Part shown: positions 32,665-40,863 of the stretch, piece after piece | Numbering within the stretch: position 1 is the first letter of the stretch | Layout: each line of letters starts with the position of its first letter | Source: an uncultured Lentisphaerota bacterium | GTDB taxonomy: Bacteria; Verrucomicrobiota; Kiritimatiellia; RFP12; UBA1067 | NCBI GenBank assembly: GCA_946413265.1 | Contig: CAMKJU010000003.1 | Coordinates: 9,087 to 73,086, forward strand | Direction of reading: 5' to 3' | DNA length: 64,000 nucleotides | The notes under the pieces: model-generated | Database searches by the model: none | Told to the model about the DNA's origin: nothing | Seen by the model: the letters and a program-made list of their open reading frames with translations, nothing else | Made by a program: the position numbers and the translations under genes

Positions 32665-33498
32665 ATGGCAGCACCAGTGAAAAAACTTGGAACAGGCGGC
32701 GGCGTCAAGACAGGCGTTACCACGGAGATCGCCGACAAGAACGGCAAGACCTTCACGTTTGAGGGCACCATCGCCGAACTTGAGCAGATGTCCCTAGCCG
32801 GCAAGATTCCAGATGACTTCGTGCCCGTGCGGTCCGTGCTGGCCCCGACTGGCGGCGGGATGGGCATTCTGACGGTGAGCTGCGTCAAGTACGAGGCGGG
32901 CACCCTAGATGACTGGGATGCGGAGCGGACGGTCATCGAGATAGAGATGGAGGAGGTCACTTACGACCTCGTCGACCATCCCCATCTGGCTACCGTCCGC
33001 GAAACGTGCAGGAAGTGGCTGGCGACCGACGAGGCGAAGCGGACCGCCGTCGTCGGGCAGGACACGAAGTACTACTACACCGACGAGACGGGGACGGAGG
33101 TGGAGGTCGAAAACGCCACGGCGCTCAAGTTCTGCAAGGCGTACATGGCCGGGATAAAGAGTTTCGTGCGCTACTTCCCCGTAATCTTGAGGAACTCCAT
33201 CTACAAGAACCCGCCGGGGCTCACGCGCAACGAGCGCAGCTTCACAGGCGGCTCCCCAAAGTTCTCCACCGATTGCGGGCGATTCTCCACCCCGCCGGTC
33301 TCGCTCAGCGGCTACGCGTCCACCAACTGGTTCAAGGGCGGCGACCGCTGGAGGGAGCGCGGCGACACCACTTGGGAGCTGCAGGAGAAGTGGACGTACA
33401 CCCCGGACGGCTCCACCGGCCCCCATGCGTGGATATACACGGCGCCGACAAGCCAAAACGGCAACCAACAGGCCAACCAGCAGGGAGACGGATCCTGA
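32665..33498 (+). CDS. tail protein (hypothetical)
   Basis: Directly downstream of the tape measure. Confidence 0.5.
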   Translation: MAAPVKKLGTGGGVKTGVTTEIADKNGKTFTFEGTIAELEQMSLAGKIPDDFVPVRSVLAPTGGGMGILTVSCVKYEAGTLDDWDAERTVIEIEMEEVTYDLVDHPHLATVRETCRKWLATDEAKRTAVVGQDTKYYYTDETGTEVEVENATALKFCKAYMAGIKSFVRYFPVILRNSIYKNPPGLTRNERSFTGGSPKFSTDCGRFSTPPVSLSGYASTNWFKGGDRWRERGDTTWELQEKWTYTPDGSTGPHAWIYTAPTSQNGNQQANQQGDGS

Positions 33499-33578
33499 AC
33501 GAGCTGCCACATCCCCTCGGCCCCGGCGACAAGCTCACAGGCACGTGGATCAGCAATCTTCTGCGTGCGGTCCGCCGC

Positions 33579-34598
33579 ATGAAGCCGCTACAAGGCCCCG
33601 GCATCTCGACGCGTGTCACGCCGGACGGCACGGTGATCTCGGCAGCGGTCGCGGCACCACGTGCGGCCGCACCCCTCGCCCCCTTCGCCGTCCGCCTCCA
33701 CAAGACCGAGAACGACTCCGTCGGGCTGTGGGAAATATACCTTCCGACCGGCTGCTGCAACGTCGGCGGCGCCTGCGAGCCGCTCAACCCGCCCGCAAGC
33801 GAAACATCCGGCCACGAGGACGACGACCCCGCATGGCGCTCCCTCGGCAGAATCAACCTCGGCGCGTTTGCTTCGGGCGGAGCCTCATCCGACTCGAACG
33901 AGATCCATGCAATCGTGGAGGTCCACGTCAAGCCGTCGGTCAAGGTGTTCGGCGTGGACAGCCTCGAAAACACCGCCGTGCGGCGCGTCATTTGGGCAAG
34001 CGTGCGCGACCAGATATTGGACGACTACGATAGGGAACGTCCGAACTACTGGCTGGTCGAAAGGCACCACCGCGACAAGGCGGGGGACGTGTTCGAGGCC
34101 GACGTGGCGGACATAACCGCCACGAGCAGACTTGAAGACGGAGAATGGAGCGAATGGAGTATATCCATATCGCCCCGCCGCACAACGCCGATCGACGCGG
34201 CAGTCCCGCAGGGAACGGGCGTTTCCGGGTTCGACCTCATGTGGGTGCTCGCGACGGAACAGAGGACCGGCTCCCTCCCGTCCGGACTGGCGCTTGTCGT
34301 GAAGAAACTGCTCTGCATCCGCCAACTTGCGGCCGCAGCCGGAATCAGCATCACCGGCGACACCATGACCGACGTGGCTAGCGACGTCAGATACCGCACC
34401 GTGAAGATATACGCCCGCATCAACGTCACCGACCTCACGGGCGGCAACGGTATCGTCGAGGTGCTGAAGGATCCCGAAGGGGTCGGCATCTCGTCGCCCT
34501 ACGTCGTCTGGCTCCCGCTGTACGAGACGATGTTCAACGCGGTGGTCTCCGACTACCGCCCCCAGTCCCTCACCAACCTCCAGCTCTTCCACGCATGA
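33579..34598 (+). CDS. tail protein (hypothetical); true start may lie upstream at a non-ATG codon near 33494
   Basis: The frame is open from 33499. The first ATG is at 33579. Confidence 0.5.
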   Translation: MKPLQGPGISTRVTPDGTVISAAVAAPRAAAPLAPFAVRLHKTENDSVGLWEIYLPTGCCNVGGACEPLNPPASETSGHEDDDPAWRSLGRINLGAFASGGASSDSNEIHAIVEVHVKPSVKVFGVDSLENTAVRRVIWASVRDQILDDYDRERPNYWLVERHHRDKAGDVFEADVADITATSRLEDGEWSEWSISISPRRTTPIDAAVPQGTGVSGFDLMWVLATEQRTGSLPSGLALVVKKLLCIRQLAAAAGISITGDTMTDVASDVRYRTVKIYARINVTDLTGGNGIVEVLKDPEGVGISSPYVVWLPLYETMFNAVVSDYRPQSLTNLQLFHA

Positions 34599-36172
34599 TG
34601 AAACGGAATCTCATACTTCCCGTCGTAAGCCTACTTTCCGCCACGTTCCCCGTCGGCGCCGCATCCGTCTTCCCCGCCGCCGCAACAAACTACATCTTCA
34701 CCACTCCGTACCGTCCCGCCCACATACGCGGCACGGTAATGGGCAGCCCGCCAGCCTACTACATTCCGCGCAGCGAGGACTTGGACTGGCTCAACGAGGC
34801 CGTCTGGGAACGGCTCGCCCTAAGTGGGAGCGAATTCGCAGCCCCGTACAACTTCTTCACTAATACCGTCCTCCGCCCCGAGTTCGGCAGGTGGGACCTG
34901 TCGGAGACAAATCGCTTCTACAGATGGGTCACGGCAACAGACGCGGCCGGTGTCACCAACGTCGTGATTGGCTACAACCTCGTCACCAACACCCCGACTT
35001 CCACAGGCTCGCCATGGCAGTACTATGTACCCGGTCAGGGAACGGATCCGCCTAGCATAGTCCCTGGTAAAGGCCGTTCGGGTATCTGGCCTGAAGCAGC
35101 TGGTTATTTCTATAATCCCGCCGCCAGCCACGACTACCATTGGGGTTACTTGGACCCCGGAGCGACGCTCATCACCGCCGCCCGCGCATTCGAGACACCG
35201 ACTCCCGCGTACACCAACATCTACAAGGTCGCCTACTACACGGCACAGGACCCGGATACGGTGACAAACGGATTCTCCACAATCGAGATGCCGATGACGA
35301 ACGGCACCGTGAGCGTCCACACCAACAAATGGTCGGCGTACAAGAACGAGCTGCGCTATCACACGGTGACGGCAGTGGTAGAGCTCGCGGCCCTTGACTA
35401 CTGCCACTTGGGCGGCGGCGCGTTTCCCGGATTCACCAACGCGCCCCCGCTGCCATCATCATCCTATTCGTTTCCGGTCGCGCTGTCCAATTCCTATGTC
35501 GCGCTGCGCGGCGCGACGCGCCTTGCCGACTGGGGTAATCACATATATCCGACCAACAGCTCCGCCTTCGTCGAAGAAGGTTACTACATGGGCGCGCTCT
35601 ATTTTTCCCACACAAGCAGCAACTCCTACTACAGAGGCCGATACGAGATCGGCGGAAGTAACGAAAAGGAACTCTCGGACTACGACGAAAACCATAATCC
35701 CGTATACGAGTGGGTATACAGAACCAGCGAGACTCGCAGCATACCGAGATATCAGGAAGTCGCGGCGCCAACGCGCTTCCATTCCGATCTCGTCACGACC
35801 GGCGGCGTGCGGCGCGTCACCGTGGAGGCGGCGTTCGCCATAGTTGATTTTTCGTATACCCGCGATGCAATTAGCGACGACGGGACAACCCGCGTCGCGG
35901 ACATTAGCAAAGACGTCGTGGTGCCGGTGTTCTCACCACGCAACCTCGTGACAAAAGTCGGGAAACCCGCGTACTGGGAAAGTTTTGTCGAGCCCCGCGA
36001 ACTACTGGACAAAGCAGCAGCAGCAGCAGGCGCACCCGCCCCCCCACAGAACGCGGCGTCCTTTGTTCCAGCCCAAGGGTCTAGGGCATACTGGCAAGCC
36101 GAATGGTCAAATTTCATCCTCATCTACCGCACCCACCCGACCTCTAAATTCGCCGACTGGGAATCTCAATAG
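34595..36172 (+). CDS. tail-module protein with signal-peptide-like N-terminus
   Basis: MMKRNLILPVVSLLSATFPVGAAS. ATGA overlap with the upstream gene. Confidence 0.55.
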   Translation: MMKRNLILPVVSLLSATFPVGAASVFPAAATNYIFTTPYRPAHIRGTVMGSPPAYYIPRSEDLDWLNEAVWERLALSGSEFAAPYNFFTNTVLRPEFGRWDLSETNRFYRWVTATDAAGVTNVVIGYNLVTNTPTSTGSPWQYYVPGQGTDPPSIVPGKGRSGIWPEAAGYFYNPAASHDYHWGYLDPGATLITAARAFETPTPAYTNIYKVAYYTAQDPDTVTNGFSTIEMPMTNGTVSVHTNKWSAYKNELRYHTVTAVVELAALDYCHLGGGAFPGFTNAPPLPSSSYSFPVALSNSYVALRGATRLADWGNHIYPTNSSAFVEEGYYMGALYFSHTSSNSYYRGRYEIGGSNEKELSDYDENHNPVYEWVYRTSETRSIPRYQEVAAPTRFHSDLVTTGGVRRVTVEAAFAIVDFSYTRDAISDDGTTRVADISKDVVVPVFSPRNLVTKVGKPAYWESFVEPRELLDKAAAAAGAPAPPQNAASFVPAQGSRAYWQAEWSNFILIYRTHPTSKFADWESQ

Positions 36173-36183
36173 AAAGGCCCATC

Positions 36184-38307
36184 ATGAAACCACATCTCAA
36201 ACTCCCTTGCACGATCCTTGCAACCTCCCTTGCAGCCGCCCTGCAACTCGCCGCCATCGCCGCCGTCCCCGCCGCGTGGACCAACTCGCCGGGAATGCCG
36301 CCGTACCCGATCAAGCCCGTGCCGCACGGTTCGACGGTCGATCTCGCCGTCACGCTCAAGGGCTACACCACGCCGCCGATCGCGGACGGCGCGGACGTGC
36401 GCCTCTGGTACCAGACGAACGGCATGGGCTCCGCGTGGTGGAGCGCGCCGGCGACGTTCGACGGCAGCACCATCACGGCCACGTTCGGCCCTGCGCAGGA
36501 TTGCGGCGCGGACCGCGTGAGCCTGTTCTTCGGCGCACCGAGCAACGTCTTCGCATCGGCAGTCCTCCGCCTTACCCACGCGCCCGGCTTCTCGCCCTCT
36601 TCCCTACCGCTTCCCGTGCCCGCCCTCGACTTCGCGGCCGTTGAGCTGCGCAACCTCTCCGCGCTGACCAACGGCTGGAGCTTCGGCAGCACAATTGGCA
36701 ACTACGAGGTTGTGAGCAACGCGGCCACGAGCGCCGCGCCAGCTGTCGTGATTAAAAACTACGACTACTGGGAGTATCTCGACCCCAACGTTGGCGAGAA
36801 GGCTAGACTACTGCTAATGCCGGTGGGGGGATGGGGTAATGAGAGGTTCCATCTGCACTACGTTAAGATGGCAGCGGAGGAATCGTATTATATTTACTTT
36901 CTGACGCTTCCTGCTGGTGCCGAAATTGACTCCGTAACTACAAACACGAGGCCACAGTCCATCACCATCGGCGGCATGACGTTCACACATTACGAGGGAA
37001 CGGAAACAAATAAGGTACTGTATTCAGACGCTACAAACGGCATCCCGAGCGCTGTATCAAATATCGTAACGAAGTCCTACGTCGAAGACCTCGGCATATC
37101 CTCCGAAGTAGAGGAAAACGACCCCGTGTGGTCTGAGGAGAAGTCAAAATACGCCAAGCACGAAGACGTGCCGGAGTGGCCCGTGCAGCTAATTACGACA
37201 AACACGCCGCTCATCTTCGCGGACGGGCAGGACACGAACGTGACCTCGATCGCGCTTCAGGCACAGCCTACAAATTACACGTCGCTTTCGTTCCTCCACC
37301 CGGTAAGCTACTATCTGCCAAACCGTTTTTCGCTGTTAGAGCTGGGAAACGACTACCAGATAGTAGGATCGCAGTGGTTCCAGGTCGGGCGGTATCTCTA
37401 CGCGCAGAACCCGGAAAACATCGTTTTCGTCGGTAGCGGACGCCATCGAAGCCTTCAGGACTACCTCGACGCCTGCGCGCCGGAGACGCTGGCCGACCTG
37501 CTCTCGTGCTACGTCCCGACGAACGGAGGCGGCCGCATCCACGGAGACCTTGAGATCGACGGGCGCCTCACGGCGGGCGAGCTGATCACGATCACCAATA
37601 GCGACATCCATGCCAAGGGATTTCAGGTCGTGAACAAGGTACTGACCGCCGATGGGCTTACAGCGTCTAACGGCATGGTACGCCTCAACTGCGCGAGGTT
37701 CGTTCTTGGATTCGGCACCCCGCGCATCCATTTGGAAACGAATACGCTTTCGGCAATTACCTATGGTGGGACGTGGGAGCATCCAGTGGGGACGATGCAG
37801 GGAATGCTGCAGTCGGCATGCCAAGATTTACTTGATGGCAACATAAGTTATCAGAGCATTGAGGATCGTGACCCGTATGTCAGGTACAACGATGTCAAAA
37901 AAAGTTTTTTTGACTGGGATTTGAAAAGCCTCCCGGTCAACGCCGGGCCGCTAAAGCACTTCGACCTTCAAACGGGCAAGACGCATTACTTCACGGACGC
38001 AGACGTTGGCAGAGAGGGGATCGAGCTTAGGATTTACACTAATACGCACGTACGGGTTGTGTACGACTTCGAGACGGCGCCGCCGTCGAGCGTATACGTG
38101 CGCTGTAATGATTCTGCCGACGGAAGAGCGACGATTCTCTCAAACGGTTCGGAGCTCCTCTACCCAACCGCAGGACAGAGGACGTTATTCGAGATCGAGC
38201 CTCTGTCTAACGGAACGTTCATGGTGAAGGAGACGGCGCTTACTTTTATGGATAACGTCGGGAGCTGGGAAGAAGCGAATCATGGTGCACAAGAGGAGGA
38301 GCCGTGA
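36184..38307 (+). CDS. putative tail fibre / receptor-binding protein with signal-peptide-like N-terminus
   Basis: Called from size and position. The distal two-thirds is AT-richer by eye, suggesting an exchanged module. Confidence 0.5.
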   Translation: MKPHLKLPCTILATSLAAALQLAAIAAVPAAWTNSPGMPPYPIKPVPHGSTVDLAVTLKGYTTPPIADGADVRLWYQTNGMGSAWWSAPATFDGSTITATFGPAQDCGADRVSLFFGAPSNVFASAVLRLTHAPGFSPSSLPLPVPALDFAAVELRNLSALTNGWSFGSTIGNYEVVSNAATSAAPAVVIKNYDYWEYLDPNVGEKARLLLMPVGGWGNERFHLHYVKMAAEESYYIYFLTLPAGAEIDSVTTNTRPQSITIGGMTFTHYEGTETNKVLYSDATNGIPSAVSNIVTKSYVEDLGISSEVEENDPVWSEEKSKYAKHEDVPEWPVQLITTNTPLIFADGQDTNVTSIALQAQPTNYTSLSFLHPVSYYLPNRFSLLELGNDYQIVGSQWFQVGRYLYAQNPENIVFVGSGRHRSLQDYLDACAPETLADLLSCYVPTNGGGRIHGDLEIDGRLTAGELITITNSDIHAKGFQVVNKVLTADGLTASNGMVRLNCARFVLGFGTPRIHLETNTLSAITYGGTWEHPVGTMQGMLQSACQDLLDGNISYQSIEDRDPYVRYNDVKKSFFDWDLKSLPVNAGPLKHFDLQTGKTHYFTDADVGREGIELRIYTNTHVRVVYDFETAPPSSVYVRCNDSADGRATILSNGSELLYPTAGQRTLFEIEPLSNGTFMVKETALTFMDNVGSWEEANHGAQEEEP

Positions 38308-39374
38308 AGAAACCAACTGTTACGCTTCTCGCAGTCATGGCGTGGACGTCGTGTGTAATGGCGCTGCCAGCGCCCCACGACCAGATATCGGCATACATCT
38401 GGGGGCTGGGAGCCGGCAGGCCGGGACACGTCGGGGTCGGCTTTGGCTACAAGCAGCGCGATCACGGCATAGTACTGGACGAGTTTCCGACGGAGCAAGA
38501 CAGGTACTTCTCGTACAACAAGGAAGTGTTGCAGTTCAGGTTGAACGTTGAGAACAGAGGTGCGTCAAACGAAAGGCCTGTCTACGCAAATCCGCAGAAT
38601 GTACAAGATACCGGAAAAGGCGAGAGGCAGGACATCACCGTCGAGCGGATCCTTGAGAGGTGCTACGGCGAAAAGTACGAGGAACAGATGATCCGCGCTC
38701 TGTCCGCCCGCGCGCTCCAGTTCGGCGGGGCGATGAACGAAATCGCGATGCTGGCGAAGGTGAACCCGGTGAACATACCCGTGCTCCGACCGGGAACGCC
38801 GCGCATACCGTACAAGGTGTTCGCGGCGCGATACAAGATAATCAAGGATCTCTTTCCGGTGCGGGGTGACATGCTGTACATTTCCGGGAGACAGCAATAC
38901 TGCGAGACAAATGCTTTCGACGACCTCGTGATCCGCTACAAGACTGCATACGGAGTAACGCCGACGTTCCAGTCATGGGTGGAGGGGGCGTGCAGGTCGA
39001 ACGACATGAACCGGGTTTCGTACGCGCTCATGCCGCTGGGAATCGTCGTACACAGGGCGGAGGACTACACGGAGGAGTTCGCGCACTTCGTCAACGTGGG
39101 CGACCCGTACGGGGGCCGCGACTTCGAGGAGTTCAAGGCCGCCTACCACGGCGCGAAGGTTGACGCGTGGAAGATGGGAATCGATCTTGGGGTGTCTGGC
39201 GGGTGGGCGCAATATATATCCGCGCTCACTGCTGACGAGGACTGGGCCGCCGCCTCGGCCCTGCGCCTGCCCGCCAACACCCTTCTATTTCTCCAGCTCT
39301 ACGTGTCGGGAGGGGGCAGCGCGGAGTTCCGTTCTTGGTGCGAGTCGGACGCGATGGGGAGGATGATACTATGA
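38304..39374 (+). CDS. hypothetical protein with signal peptide
   Basis: MKKPTVTLLAVMAWTSCVMALPAP. 4-nt overlap with the upstream gene. Confidence 0.5.
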   Translation: MKKPTVTLLAVMAWTSCVMALPAPHDQISAYIWGLGAGRPGHVGVGFGYKQRDHGIVLDEFPTEQDRYFSYNKEVLQFRLNVENRGASNERPVYANPQNVQDTGKGERQDITVERILERCYGEKYEEQMIRALSARALQFGGAMNEIAMLAKVNPVNIPVLRPGTPRIPYKVFAARYKIIKDLFPVRGDMLYISGRQQYCETNAFDDLVIRYKTAYGVTPTFQSWVEGACRSNDMNRVSYALMPLGIVVHRAEDYTEEFAHFVNVGDPYGGRDFEEFKAAYHGAKVDAWKMGIDLGVSGGWAQYISALTADEDWAAASALRLPANTLLFLQLYVSGGGSAEFRSWCESDAMGRMIL

Positions 39375-40444
39375 GCGAGACGGTTGAATGCAGGAATGCG
39401 AGCCCCAGCAAATATCGCGCAAGGAGGTCACGGGCCTGGGGCGCGGCATTCGCGACGGCTACACCAGAAAGGCAGCCGTCAAATGTCATGAGTTCAGTGT
39501 TGAAAGGAATTATGAAGAAATATCCGTTGCTTACGGCGGAAGAAGAATCAGAAATGATTGCGAGGGAGCCGGTGACGTGGCGTGAGTTCCTAGTGCTTCA
39601 CAACGCAAGCCTGGTGTTGGAAAAGGCAAAGAAATGGTCTGGCTTATACAGATATCAGGACGTAGACGACATGATCCAATGCGGCCTTATGGGTTTGTGG
39701 AAGGCTGCGAAAAAATTTGAGCCGACGCGCGGTCTAAGGTTCAGTACGTACGCTGGGTATTGGGCAGAACATGAGATGAAAGAGCGAGCTTGCCGAGTAT
39801 CGATTGAAGTAGACGCAAAAAGTGATTCGCTGAACAGAAAGACAGAAATGGACGACGAAGAAGGCGGGGAAATGCTCGACTACATCCAGCCGGTGATAGA
39901 AGCGGGATCAAAAGAGAAAAGCCTCGAGGAGTGGCTGGAGTTACGTGACGAAGTGGAGGTGGTGCGAGAAATCATCTCCAGGTTGCAGTTCCGCAACGAG
40001 AGGCATAGGGCTTGCTACATTAGACTTCGGCAGTTTGGACAAGAACCGGAAGCGCAAAAGGTTGTCGCAAGGGATTGCGGCTTGAGCCGTCAGCGAGTTA
40101 ATTTTATAGTGGGTCGAATAGACGGCATTGTCAGAAGCGAGGTGAGACGGCTGGACCGAATGCCAAAAATACAGACGACGAACTGGGACAGGATGACCAG
40201 TGTGAAGAGAAGTAGTGCAAGAATGCAGACGACATACGACCGCAACCTAGCCATGTTGATTGCGTACGAGCGCTACAAGCTGGGCATAAGAAAATTGGCT
40301 CCACTGATGGTACGGGAGGAGCGGGGACCAGAAGTGAAAAGCGAGGGCTTTAAGGTGAAAAGGCTCGTCGTGAAAGGAGAAAAGTTTGTCTTCAAGGGCG
40401 GAAAATGGGTTCCTGCGCCCAAAGAGGAGGATTACGGATACTAG
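39371..40444 (+). CDS. phage-encoded sigma-70-family factor with ~110-aa basic C-terminal extension
   Basis: Region 2: LLTAEEESEMI...DDMIQCGLMGLWKAAKKFEPTRGLRFSTYAGYWAEHEM. Region 4: QKVVARDCGLSRQRVNFIVGRI. Alternative starts at 39491 and 39518. Confidence 0.75.
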   Translation: MSETVECRNASPSKYRARRSRAWGAAFATATPERQPSNVMSSVLKGIMKKYPLLTAEEESEMIAREPVTWREFLVLHNASLVLEKAKKWSGLYRYQDVDDMIQCGLMGLWKAAKKFEPTRGLRFSTYAGYWAEHEMKERACRVSIEVDAKSDSLNRKTEMDDEEGGEMLDYIQPVIEAGSKEKSLEEWLELRDEVEVVREIISRLQFRNERHRACYIRLRQFGQEPEAQKVVARDCGLSRQRVNFIVGRIDGIVRSEVRRLDRMPKIQTTNWDRMTSVKRSSARMQTTYDRNLAMLIAYERYKLGIRKLAPLMVREERGPEVKSEGFKVKRLVVKGEKFVFKGGKWVPAPKEEDYGY

Positions 40445-40454
40445 GAGGTTGTAA

Positions 40455-40547
40455 ATGTGTGAATGGATTCTAGGCCTCAATAACATCAACGATTGCGCCA
40501 TTACAACAGCACTTCGGCCGATTTCGGCTGAGTGGCTGCGGTTGTGA
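40455..40547 (+). CDS. small ORF (30 aa) at the prophage right end
   Basis: Strong AGGAGG 6 nt upstream of the ATG. No recognisable similarity. Confidence 0.3.
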   Translation: MCEWILGLNNINDCAITTALRPISAEWLRL

Positions 40548-40699
40548 TATTTTTCACTCTTCCCGCCAGGACCTCCACGTACCCCCCCAAGGTTCTCTTG
40601 AAAGGCGAACCGTGACAGGCACAGTGGGAATCTTTTTCTTGCGGGATTCCCTCGTGAATCCCTTGCGAATCCCAAGCGATTCATCCCTTATCACATATT

Positions 40700-40717
40700 C
40701 TTCAATCGTGAATCAAA
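40700..40717 (-). repeat. right-end transposase-site-like inverted repeat (rc TTTGATTCACGATTGAAG)
   Basis: Inverted relative to 7026..7044. TTGATTCAC...TTGAAG also resembles the Mu attL L1 site as I recall it. Confidence 0.5.
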
Positions 40718-40741
40718 CCCCAACCATTACATTTGCGCCGT

Positions 40742-40840
40742 TACATCGGCGGCATACCTAAGGGCTGGGAGCTTAGGACGTTGAAGGAAGGCTACGGCTA
40801 CGCCCTTGTGCGCCGGCAATTCATGGTTATCGTCAAGTAG
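40742..40840 (+). pseudogene. displaced 3' remnant of the C10 peptidase-adhesin gene (…GGIPKGWELRTLKEGYGYALVRRQFMVIVK*)
   Basis: In the same codon phase as 1504..6977 across either candidate junction. The tail aligns with the C-terminus of 44563..49368 (…GLYLDRRGFILIVR*). Confidence 0.8.
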
Positions 40841-40863
40841 CGAGTCATGGTGGCTGTGAAGTG

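Larger units (their letters stand above)
6978..40746. mobile_element. Mu-like transposable prophage (~33.8 kb) inserted in the 3' end of the C10 peptidase-adhesin gene
   Basis: Contiguous Mu-type gene set. The host ORF is split, with an in-frame remnant at 40742..40840. 5'-TG...CA-3' termini are possible with TCGG flanking both sides. End-proximal TTGAT...GATTGAA inverted repeats are present. Exact ends are uncertain by about +/-8 nt. Confidence 0.8.

Noticed and set aside
40247-40684. 145-aa minus-strand ORF overlapping the sigma gene 3' end and the prophage right end
   Set aside because: It overlaps a well-supported CDS and the transposase-site region, and it has no RBS or recognisable motifs.
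6978-40746. Diversity-generating retroelement, retron or integrase-type mobility as an explanation for the repeats
   Set aside because: No reverse transcriptase, tyrosine or serine recombinase, or TR/VR pair is visible anywhere in the window. The only mobility genes are the DDE transposase and the MuB-like ATPase.
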